A DNA stretch of 64,000 bases from an uncultured delta proteobacterium (GTDB lineage: Bacteria > Myxococcota_A > Polyangia > Polyangiales > Polyangiaceae): contig CAVQUB010000018.1 of NCBI GenBank assembly GCA_963716725.1, forward strand, positions 64,001 to 128,000, written 5' to 3'. Positions 34,246 through 42,539 of the stretch are shown here, one piece after another (positions within the stretch are counted from its first letter, which is position 1; every line of letters starts with the position of its first letter). Made by a program: the position numbers and the translations under genes. A model generated the notes under the pieces. That model made no database searches. It was not told the origin of the DNA and saw only the letters and a program-made list of their open reading frames with translations.

Positions 34246-35899
34246 TCGCCTCTTGGCCCTGCTGGTCGTGGCCGTGACGGGTTGCGGCGGGGGCACACGC
34301 TGGTTTCCCGCGCAGGAGCCGCTGTGGCGCGATCCGGACCAGCGCGCCTTCGATCGCGAGCCCGACCAGTACGACTCGCCCTTCGCCTGGGACGCCGCCA
34401 ATCAGACGGTGTTCCGACCCGTGTCGCGCTTCTTCGCCGTCGATCCCGCGAGCGAAGCCGCCAACGTCAACGCGATGGACGAAGTGCCGAGCTCGAGCTG
34501 GTTCGAGAACCGGATCGGGCGCTTCGGCATGAGCCCCGAGGCCGCTGCCCAGGGTCCCTGCACCACGCCGCCGCCCGCTCGCAGCGGGCCGTGGGTGATC
34601 ACCGCGGCCAAGCCCAACGGGTTCAACCCGGGCTTCTTCATCAAGGCCAGCGATGGCAAGCGCTACCTGGTGAAGTTCGACGGCGTGGTCGAGGGCATGC
34701 GCCCCACCGCCGCGGACGTGATCGGGACGCGCCTATTCCACGCTGCGGGCTACTTCGTTCCCTGCAACCGCGTCGTGTATTTCGACCGATCGATCCTGAA
34801 GATCGACGCAAAAGCAAAGAGCGAGAACGCGCGCGGCGACGAAGTAAAGCTGGAGGAGCAGGATCTCGACCGGGTCTTCTCGAAGGCGCTGCGCCTCGCC
34901 GATGGCCGCTATCGCGCCACCACGAGCCTCTTCGTCGAAGGCAAGCCGCTCGGGCCGTGGACCTACGAGGGCCGGCGCTCAGATGACCCCAACGACGTGG
35001 TCAATCACGAAGATCGCCGGGAACTCCGCGGGCTAGAGGTGATGGCGGCGTGGCTCGCCTGGTTCGACACCCGCGAGCAGAACACCATGGCCACTTGGGT
35101 GAACGACGGCAAGACCGGCCACGTGCGCCACTACTTGCTCGACGTGGGCAACGCCTACGGCAGCATCTGGGAGCCCCCGATGATGGGGCGGCGCATCGGG
35201 CACAGCTACTACCTGGACGTGCCTTACGTGCTGGAGGACTTCGTCACCCTCGGCGCCATCGAGCGGCCCTGGGATCGCGCGCGCTTCGGCCGCACGGGCA
35301 AGGCATTCTCGTACTTCCGCGTCGAGGACTTCGATCCCGACCGCTTCCGCCCCGGCTACCCGAATCCGGCTTTCGTCCGCAAGTCCGAGCGCGACGCGGC
35401 GTGGATGGCGCGCACCGTCGCGCGTTTCTCCGACGAGCATCTGCGGGCCATCGTGAAGACCGGGTTGCTCCTGCCCGACCTCGAGTCGCGCCTGCTCGAG
35501 GTGCTGATCGGTCGGCGCGACGTGGTGCTGCGAAGGTACCTGACCCGGCTCTCGCCGCTGGCCTGGCCCGAAGTGCGGGGCAACCAGCTGTGCCTGGAGG
35601 ATCTGGCGCTGAGCGCGAAGATCGTGAAGAAAGAGGCCCGCCGCTACGCAGCGCGAGCCTGGGTCGGAAAATCCCTGGCGCTCTCGGCGATCGCCGCCAC
35701 TCGCTGGGACGGGCAGGGTCGGATTTGCCTGGCACTGCCGTCCGCGGAGGCGGGCTCCCCGCTGCTCCTCGACGTCACCGCGGCGACCCGCGACGGGAGC
35801 TCGACCTTTCCCGCCCGCGTGCACCTCTACGCGCTTGGCGATCTCCGGTATCGTGTGGTCGGCCTCGAACGACCCGACTCCCACGATCCGCCGAGCTGA
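34235..35899 (+). CDS. Lipoprotein with atypical kinase-like motifs
   Basis: GTG start overlapping the upstream stop; lipobox VTGC; GFNPGFFIKASDGKRYLVKFD, WFDTREQNT, HYLLDVG. Confidence 0.6.
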   Translation: MASSRLLALLVVAVTGCGGGTRWFPAQEPLWRDPDQRAFDREPDQYDSPFAWDAANQTVFRPVSRFFAVDPASEAANVNAMDEVPSSSWFENRIGRFGMSPEAAAQGPCTTPPPARSGPWVITAAKPNGFNPGFFIKASDGKRYLVKFDGVVEGMRPTAADVIGTRLFHAAGYFVPCNRVVYFDRSILKIDAKAKSENARGDEVKLEEQDLDRVFSKALRLADGRYRATTSLFVEGKPLGPWTYEGRRSDDPNDVVNHEDRRELRGLEVMAAWLAWFDTREQNTMATWVNDGKTGHVRHYLLDVGNAYGSIWEPPMMGRRIGHSYYLDVPYVLEDFVTLGAIERPWDRARFGRTGKAFSYFRVEDFDPDRFRPGYPNPAFVRKSERDAAWMARTVARFSDEHLRAIVKTGLLLPDLESRLLEVLIGRRDVVLRRYLTRLSPLAWPEVRGNQLCLEDLALSAKIVKKEARRYAARAWVGKSLALSAIAATRWDGQGRICLALPSAEAGSPLLLDVTAATRDGSSTFPARVHLYALGDLRYRVVGLERPDSHDPPS

Positions 35900-35900
35900 T

Positions 35901-37232
35901 GTGACCGAGCCAAACCCAACGCGCGACCGATCGGCCCTCGAGCGCCTGCTCGGCGTCATCACCCGCGTCGAAGCCGGAGAGGGCGTGTCGGCCCTGCTGA
36001 TGACGCTCAACGTGCTCGTGCTCATGACCGCCTACTCATCCATCAAGCCCGTGCGCGAGGGCTTGATCTTGGCGATGGCGTCCGGCGCCGAATACAAGGC
36101 GTACATGGGCGGCGCCATCGCCATCGCGCTGCTCTTCGCCGTGCCCGCCTACGCACGTTTTGCCGATCGACTGCCGCGAAACCGTCTCGTCGTGGGGGTC
36201 ACGCTGTTCTTCGCCATGAACTTGGTGCTGTTCTGGGCGGGCAGCTCCGTCTCGTCGATCCGCTCGCGGCTCGGGCTCCTCTACTACCTGTGGCTCGGCA
36301 TCTTCAACATGATGGTGGTGGCGCAGTTCTGGGCTTTCGCCAACGATCTGTACCGTGAGGACCAAGGCAAACGACTGTTCCCGCTGCTCGGCGTCGGGCA
36401 AACGCTGGGCGCGGTGCTCGGTGCCGGGCTCTCGGTCTGGCTCTTGGCGCGCGTTGGCGTCTTCAACATGCTGCTGGTCGGCGCGGGCCTGCTCACGGTC
36501 ACGGCAGGGCTGACCCAAGTCGTGCACACTCGTGAGCGCGCGAAGGCCGCCCTCCGACCGCAGCCTCAAGGCGATCGCGGCGGCGCCTTCGAGCTGGTGC
36601 TGCGGAGCCGCTATTTGCGCTTCATCGCCGCCTTTGCCTTGCTCTTCACCTTCGTGAACAGCAACGGCGAGTACATGCTCGGGAGCTTGGTCAAAGAGGC
36701 CGCCGACGCCGCGGTGAGGGCCGGAACCCTCGAGCCGGACGCGGTAAAGGAGTGGGTCGGAGACGCCTACAGTCGCTTCTATCTGTACACCAACGTGGCG
36801 ACCGTGGCCGTGCAAGCGCTGCTCGTCTCCCGTCTGGTCCGGGTCTGGGGCCTCGAGCGCGCGTTCTTCGTGCTGCCGGTCATCGCGCTCGTCGACGCCC
36901 TGGGAGCAGCGGCGTTCCCCGTCATGGCCGTGGTGTTCTTCGGCAAGATTGCCGAGAACTCGACGGACTACTCCCTGAACAACACTCTCCGCAACATGCT
37001 GTGGCTGCCGACGAGCCGCGAGGTGAAGTACAAGGCGAAGCAGGCGGTGGACACCTTCTTCGTCCGCATGGGCGACGTGAGCTCGGCGGTCGCCGTGTTC
37101 GCGCTAGCCAGTCAACTCGGGCTCGGCGTGCGCGCTTTTGCTCTGGTGAACGTCGCTCTCGTGATGCTCTGGTTGGTCTTGGCCAAGAAGATCGTGACGG
37201 GCTACCTCAATCTGTCTCGGGCGCCGGAATGA
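35901..37232 (+). CDS. Npt1/Npt2 (TLC, ATP/ADP translocase) family nucleotide transporter
   Basis: About 12 TM segments; YSSIKPVRE, QFWAFANDLY, GKRLFPLLG, YSLNNTLRNMLWLP, KYKAKQAVDTFFVRMGD. Confidence 0.85.
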   Translation: MTEPNPTRDRSALERLLGVITRVEAGEGVSALLMTLNVLVLMTAYSSIKPVREGLILAMASGAEYKAYMGGAIAIALLFAVPAYARFADRLPRNRLVVGVTLFFAMNLVLFWAGSSVSSIRSRLGLLYYLWLGIFNMMVVAQFWAFANDLYREDQGKRLFPLLGVGQTLGAVLGAGLSVWLLARVGVFNMLLVGAGLLTVTAGLTQVVHTRERAKAALRPQPQGDRGGAFELVLRSRYLRFIAAFALLFTFVNSNGEYMLGSLVKEAADAAVRAGTLEPDAVKEWVGDAYSRFYLYTNVATVAVQALLVSRLVRVWGLERAFFVLPVIALVDALGAAAFPVMAVVFFGKIAENSTDYSLNNTLRNMLWLPTSREVKYKAKQAVDTFFVRMGDVSSAVAVFALASQLGLGVRAFALVNVALVMLWLVLAKKIVTGYLNLSRAPE

Positions 37233-37309
37233 CCTGCAGGCGTTCTGTGTGCACGACGCCCCGAGGCGCTGGACGCGCCGAAGCTCTCGTGTGACACTCT
37301 CGTGTCGAT

Positions 37310-38881
37310 TTGGTAACCAGCACTCAAAGACCCGAACCGTCTCCAACTTCCGCTCATCGCCCGTCGCAGCGGGCACCGGAACGCCCGAGCGACTGGGGAT
37401 CGCTCGTCGCGGATCTCTCTCGCGGGCGTGACGAGCCGACGGTCCACCTCCACGACCGGACCCACCTCGAGCTGGCTATCGACTACCGCTTGCGCCCAGG
37501 CCGCTCGGTCGAGTCGTTCGTCTGGGAGGCCTACTTCTTCGCGCCCGAGAGCCTGAGGCTCGACAGCCGCACCTACGACAAGACCGACATCTACACCGAT
37601 CTGCAGAGCTACGTCCGCTTCGAGGTGCCCGATGTCTCGTTCACGGATCTCGCAGGCGCCCCCATCGACAAACTGCGCACCGCCCTCGAGGGCAGCGACG
37701 ACGCGGCCGTGCGCGAGATGCGGCTCTTCGCGTGTCAGGTGCGTGCCGCCGGCGTCGAAATGCGGCAGCGCATCATCAGCGCGCTCGAGGGTGGCGAGGA
37801 CGAGCGCGCTCGTGCCGAGCAGGCCGCCGTTCGCATGACCACCGACTGCAAGCGGATCGCTTCGAAGCTGCGAGAGGCGTTGGCTCCCGCAGCCGATCGC
37901 GGCGACCCCCTCGACACCGCGGCCAAGTGGGTCGACGAGGACGTCTCGCGGCTGCTCGAGACGCTGCTGGCCACCATCAGCCGCCGCCTCGAGGCCGTGG
38001 GCAGCTCTCGTTCGCTGGTCGAGCTCGTCGAGCAGGGAGCTATCGCCGAGGCCACCTATCGCGACGAGAGCGGAATCGGCCGCACCGGACGGCTGAAGAT
38101 GACGCCACGCGAGATCGAAGCGCTGGAGTTCCGACGTCACCTGCTCAAGCGGTTCACGTCGTCGGTATTGTGGCTGAGCCCCGAGGTGCGTCCGGCGGGC
38201 ACCTGGGTGCGCGAGATCTCCTACGCAGCAGCCGCATCCATCGCCATGGCGTTTGCCATCGGCGCCGCCATCTGGAACGGCTTCGAGGTCGGCTCCGAGG
38301 GGCTGATGACCTGGGTGTTGGTCGCCGTGGTCGCCTACGCGGTCAAGGATCGCTTCAAGGCGCTGCTGCAATCGAAGATCTCCAGCGTGGTTGATCGCCA
38401 CTTTCCCGACCGCCGCTGGCGCATTCGGGACCGCGAGCGTTCCGTGGTCCTCGGCGAGATGAAGGAACAGAGCGGATTTCTGGCAATGGACGATTTGCCG
38501 GCTGCCGTCCTCGCGGCTCGACGGCTGACGCGCGAGCACCAGCTGGAGGAGCAGGCGCGTCCAGAGACCGTGCTCTTCCACAAGAAGGAAGTGGACGTCC
38601 AGGCGCAGCGCGTCGCGGTCGCCGATCCGCGTTTCTCCGCGCTGACGGAGATCTTCCGCCTCGACGTGGGCCGCTGGCTCGCCCACACCGACGACCCCAA
38701 GCGTGACATCGTGTTTGCGGATCCGGTCGCGCGGAAGGTCGCCGCCGCCAAAGCACCGCGCGTCTACAACCTGGCGGTGGTGTTTCGACTCCGGCGTGAG
38801 GCCGACGACTCAGCGCCCTGGCATCGCCTGCGCGTCGTCGTCTCCCGCAAGGGCATCCGTCGCATCGAGCGCATCGCCTGA
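37310..38881 (+). CDS. Hypothetical protein with central 2-TM hairpin
   Basis: Long ORF; HDRTHLEL, YFFAPESL; TM pair ISYAAAASIAMAFAIG / WVLVAVVAYAVKDRFK. Confidence 0.7.
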   Translation: MVTSTQRPEPSPTSAHRPSQRAPERPSDWGSLVADLSRGRDEPTVHLHDRTHLELAIDYRLRPGRSVESFVWEAYFFAPESLRLDSRTYDKTDIYTDLQSYVRFEVPDVSFTDLAGAPIDKLRTALEGSDDAAVREMRLFACQVRAAGVEMRQRIISALEGGEDERARAEQAAVRMTTDCKRIASKLREALAPAADRGDPLDTAAKWVDEDVSRLLETLLATISRRLEAVGSSRSLVELVEQGAIAEATYRDESGIGRTGRLKMTPREIEALEFRRHLLKRFTSSVLWLSPEVRPAGTWVREISYAAAASIAMAFAIGAAIWNGFEVGSEGLMTWVLVAVVAYAVKDRFKALLQSKISSVVDRHFPDRRWRIRDRERSVVLGEMKEQSGFLAMDDLPAAVLAARRLTREHQLEEQARPETVLFHKKEVDVQAQRVAVADPRFSALTEIFRLDVGRWLAHTDDPKRDIVFADPVARKVAAAKAPRVYNLAVVFRLRREADDSAPWHRLRVVVSRKGIRRIERIA

Positions 38882-38915
38882 CCGGTCTCGCCCGGGCACG
38901 CCCAACCGGCGCCGC

Positions 38916-40793
38916 TCAGTGACCGCCGCCGGCCTTGGGCTTGGCGCCCCAAATCCGGAGTGAGAGAACGAACCCGATCAGGGCAAAGGGCAGCAAGAAC
39001 CACGGCCAGTACGCCCAAGACTTGGTCGTCAGGAACCCGAGCGCCACCGACTGTAACGCAGTGCCCAGGTAGACGAAGCCGTCGATCACGCCGACGGCGG
39101 TGGCTGCGCCCTTCCGACCGCCAAAGTCCATGGTGGCCGTGCCGCTGAGCAGGCCGTGCGTGCCGATCACGCACAGGCTCACGAGAAAGACCAAGACGCC
39201 CAACACGTAGGGACTGATGGGCAAGACCGGGCGAGCCTTCAAGAGGCGCATGTCACCGGCGCGCTGCGTCGGCTTGGGATCGGGCAATGCCAGATCTTGG
39301 ACCTGGCCGCTGCGCTCCACCTTCGCCGCGATCACTGGGTCGCGCTTCTCGGCCGGTGCTGACGCCAATGCCGAGACACACATGCACTTCTTCGAGTCCC
39401 ACCCTGCGTCTTTGCACTGCGCCGGGACACAAGCCACGGCGTTTCGCACCTCGGGCCAGCCGCTGACCTGCTCATCGCCACCGATGGCCAAGATCTTGTC
39501 GCCCGTCTGAAGCCCGCTCTTCGAGTCGGCCGACTCGACGATGTTGGTGGGTGTAGCCAGCGCGAAGCCCATGCCGAGCACACACACCGCCAACAGTCCG
39601 TAGAGGAACGCCGCGGCCGGACCGCGTCGACTCTGGAAGAACAAGTCGCTGACCCAGCCCGCAACGTTGCCGCCGATCACGCCGGCCACCATCAAGAGCC
39701 CGCCCCAACCGCCCTGCATGAAGGGAGCGAGGAAGGCCAGCGCCGCCCCCACCGCGTAGGCGCCGCGCCGCCTTCCGTGTGCTCGCTTGGCCAGAACCGC
39801 CGACACTACCGCCACCGCAAAGCACGGCAGCGCCGGCCAGAGCGGCAGCCAAGCGCCGTCCCGCATGGCCATCAGGAGCGCGCCGCCGCGCAACGCATGT
39901 TCGTTGGGCAGCGCCCAGATTTCGTTGGCGTAGATCGGAAACCAATGCATGACGCCGTTGCGCAAGACGCCGGTGCAGAACTCGATCAACGCCACCGTGA
40001 TGATGACCGGGTTGCTCAGGATTTGCCTGAAGAGCTTCATCGCCGGAATGGGCGTGTCGCTGGTGTCGCCGGACGAAGCGTCCCCGGTGTCGAAGTCCGC
40101 GTGCCCCGCCTGTCCCGGCCGGTCGCGAAGGAGCGACAGCTCGACGAAAAAGAACAGAGCGAGCATCACCGCTGGAATCGCGAACACCACCCACGCAACG
40201 CTCGGTCCAGGAGCCCCGGGCCAGACCCGCTGCGCCGCCTTGAGCAAGAGCTCGTTCACGGTGAAGGCGAGAAAGATCCCGCTGGAGATCATGGTGCCGA
40301 AGATCCCCGAGAACCCGCCCCGCTCGCTGACGTGAAACCAGTGAGCGTTCACCTTGACGATGGAGACCGCGCCGAAGCTCTGGAAGTACATGTTCAGCGC
40401 GTAGAGCACGCTGAACACCAGCCGGAGCGGCGCGCTGGTTGCCTCCCCCGACGAGACCACGTGGTAGAGGTAGGCGCCCATCGCCAGGTTCGCGACGGCG
40501 GAGCCCGCCGCGCCAGCCAGCATGCCTTTCCGGCCGCCCATGCGGTCGACGAGCGGACCGTTCAGGAGGAACGCGAAGGCGTAGACGAAAGTGCCGGCGC
40601 CGAAGATGATGCCGAAGTCCTCTTTGGTCATCAGCTCGCCCAGCGAGTTCTTCGCGACCGTGAGGTTGTAGCGCCCCATGTAGAGCAGCGCGTAGGTCAC
40701 GCCGAGCGGGAACCAGTTGAGGAAGCGCCGGCGTCGAAAGGCGTCGGAGTGCGCTAGAAACGGCGCGGCGGCCGTCGCGGAGGTCCCGGACAT
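38916..40793 (-). CDS. MFS transporter, GlpT/OPA family, with inserted PDZ-like domain
   Basis: YALLYMGRYN, GPLVDRMGGR, WFHVSERG, GWVSDLFFQSRRGP, DFGGRKGAATAVGVIDGFVYLG; soluble insert GLQTGDKILAIGG. Confidence 0.85.
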   Translation of the reverse strand: MSGTSATAAAPFLAHSDAFRRRRFLNWFPLGVTYALLYMGRYNLTVAKNSLGELMTKEDFGIIFGAGTFVYAFAFLLNGPLVDRMGGRKGMLAGAAGSAVANLAMGAYLYHVVSSGEATSAPLRLVFSVLYALNMYFQSFGAVSIVKVNAHWFHVSERGGFSGIFGTMISSGIFLAFTVNELLLKAAQRVWPGAPGPSVAWVVFAIPAVMLALFFFVELSLLRDRPGQAGHADFDTGDASSGDTSDTPIPAMKLFRQILSNPVIITVALIEFCTGVLRNGVMHWFPIYANEIWALPNEHALRGGALLMAMRDGAWLPLWPALPCFAVAVVSAVLAKRAHGRRRGAYAVGAALAFLAPFMQGGWGGLLMVAGVIGGNVAGWVSDLFFQSRRGPAAAFLYGLLAVCVLGMGFALATPTNIVESADSKSGLQTGDKILAIGGDEQVSGWPEVRNAVACVPAQCKDAGWDSKKCMCVSALASAPAEKRDPVIAAKVERSGQVQDLALPDPKPTQRAGDMRLLKARPVLPISPYVLGVLVFLVSLCVIGTHGLLSGTATMDFGGRKGAATAVGVIDGFVYLGTALQSVALGFLTTKSWAYWPWFLLPFALIGFVLSLRIWGAKPKAGGGH

Positions 40794-40936
40794 CGAGATG
40801 AGCCGCTAACACGCTCCGGGGCCGGCAGAGAACCCTTCGTCGCACGCTGCACGCGCGACTGGGGCGAAATCACCCCATCCTCACCCGAGCGCCTCCGGCG
40901 CTCCCACGGGTCAACCACCGGCATTGCAAAGGGAAG

Positions 40937-40965
40937 TTGACCGTCGCTCGGGCAGGCGCTATCCA
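40937..40965 (+). promoter_or_regulatory. Sigma70-type promoter candidate for tRNA-Cys
   Basis: TTGACC-N17-TATCCA. Confidence 0.45.
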
Positions 40966-40977
40966 CCCATGCCCCAC

Positions 40978-41049
40978 GGCGAGGTAGCCAAGTGGTTAGG
41001 CAACGGTTTGCAAAACCGTCACACGCCGGTTCGAATCCGGTCCTCGCCT
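40978..41049 (+). tRNA. tRNA-Cys (anticodon GCA)
   Basis: GGCGAGG/CCTCGCC acceptor, U discriminator, anticodon arm ACGGT-TTGCAAA-ACCGT, T arm GCCGG-TTCGAAT-CCGGT. Followed by CCG. Confidence 0.96.
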
Positions 41050-41081
41050 CCGAGATCCGTTTGAGGGTGGAGAGCAGAACG

Positions 41082-41588
41082 ATGGATACCAGACCGCGCT
41101 GGACAGTCCCCGGGGCAATCTTGCTGTCACTCGCGACTGGCTGCGGAGGCGACGAGAGCAGCGGGGGCGGCGGCGGCGGCAACCCGAAGAAGGTCGACGC
41201 CTGCGCCATCGTGACGCAGACCGACGCCGAGCAGCTCTTCGAGGTGTCAGCGACCCTGGGCAAGCCGAGCGGCGTGGTCGATCCGGCATTGATCGGCGAG
41301 TGCGTCTGGGAGTGGCAGGACGCCGACGCGAACAGTCGGCTGTTGCAGTTCTACGTGTGGGAGGGCGAAGACCGCTACATCCCAAATAAGAACTCGACAC
41401 CCTTCGCCATCGGCGAAAAGGGCTCGATCGACGTGAGCGGTGGCTTGATCGGAGTCGACATCCAGTGGCTGCAGGCCGGCAAAGTCGCGGACCTCTCGTA
41501 CTTCACCTACGGGGACGTTCCCGACGAGTTGACCAAGGTCGATGAGCTGAAAGCCCTCGCCCTCGCAGCTGCGACCAAGCTGAAGTAA
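41082..41588 (+). CDS. Hypothetical lipoprotein
   Basis: GGAG RBS; lipobox ATGC; DACAIVTQTDAEQL...C pattern. Confidence 0.7.
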   Translation: MDTRPRWTVPGAILLSLATGCGGDESSGGGGGGNPKKVDACAIVTQTDAEQLFEVSATLGKPSGVVDPALIGECVWEWQDADANSRLLQFYVWEGEDRYIPNKNSTPFAIGEKGSIDVSGGLIGVDIQWLQAGKVADLSYFTYGDVPDELTKVDELKALALAAATKLK

Positions 41589-41591
41589 CCG

Positions 41592-42425
41592 TCACTTCTG
41601 CGAGGAGCCGTCGAGGTCTTCGGCGAGGTACGACAAGATCACCTCGTCCAGCGACTTCTCGCCGATCAGCGAGTCGCCGAAGATGCTGCGGCTCTCGGGC
41701 GGCGGCGCGTCAGCGAAGATCGCCGCCGGGCGCGAGATCGAATAACGACTCGGTGCCGGCTCGGCGCCAAGGGCGGAACGCCGACGCGTCAGCGGTGAGG
41801 GTTGGCTCAGAGGAGTGCCGAGCGGTGTCGCCGAACGCGGGAGGGAAACTCCGGCGGCCTTGGCGGCCATCGCCTCGACGGCCGAGCCGATGGACTGCGA
41901 CGGTGGCGGCAGGGTCGGGATGCGCGGACGGACCGGCGGTGACTCGACCGGGGCCTCGGGTTCAACGTCCGCGTCCGCGGTCGGCGGCTGCCAATGGACT
42001 GGCTTGGGAGTGACGATGCGCGCGGCCAGCTCCTCCGGAGTGGGGGCGGGGGGAGCGGGGGGAGCGGGGGGCGGCGCTGGCGCGGCCGACGCAAGGGGCG
42101 CCTCTGGCCGGGCTGCTTGCGGCTCTGGCGGCGGGCCGAACGCCGCCTCGATGACGGCGTCGAGCTCCCCGGCGCGCAGGGAGACGAAGATCGCCTTGTG
42201 CTGCTCCTTCATCATCCGCTTGACGGTGGCGGTCATGTCGGGCGTTCCGACGTGCTCCGAGTAGTCGGTGCGGATGCTCTTCAAGATGCGACCACCGTCC
42301 CCGAACAAGTGAGTGATGATGTGCGGACGTTTGGTCCCGCTGTCTTCGGTCTGAATGTGGAAGACGCGCCCGTGGTGCCTCACGTTGTTGTTGAACCCGA
42401 GCATGGGGGGCGGGGTCTTGGGCAC
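41592..42425 (-). CDS. Myxobacterial protein with conserved-looking N- and C-termini (possibly RomY-like polarity protein)
   Basis: N-terminal GFNNNVRHHGRVFHIQTEDSG..PHIITHLF..MKEQHK, Pro-rich linker, C-terminal SLDEVILSYLAED. The RomY link is from memory, not verified. Confidence 0.5.
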   Translation of the reverse strand: MPKTPPPMLGFNNNVRHHGRVFHIQTEDSGTKRPHIITHLFGDGGRILKSIRTDYSEHVGTPDMTATVKRMMKEQHKAIFVSLRAGELDAVIEAAFGPPPEPQAARPEAPLASAAPAPPPAPPAPPAPTPEELAARIVTPKPVHWQPPTADADVEPEAPVESPPVRPRIPTLPPPSQSIGSAVEAMAAKAAGVSLPRSATPLGTPLSQPSPLTRRRSALGAEPAPSRYSISRPAAIFADAPPPESRSIFGDSLIGEKSLDEVILSYLAEDLDGSSQK

Positions 42426-42539
42426 GCTTCACTCCGACGGAATCGACAAAGAGAGTATCACGGCCCATGCTCGGGCACATCACGTTGGTTGGGCCTTTCG
42501 CCCTTCGCCAATCACCCCGTTGCGATCGTCGGCAGCGCT

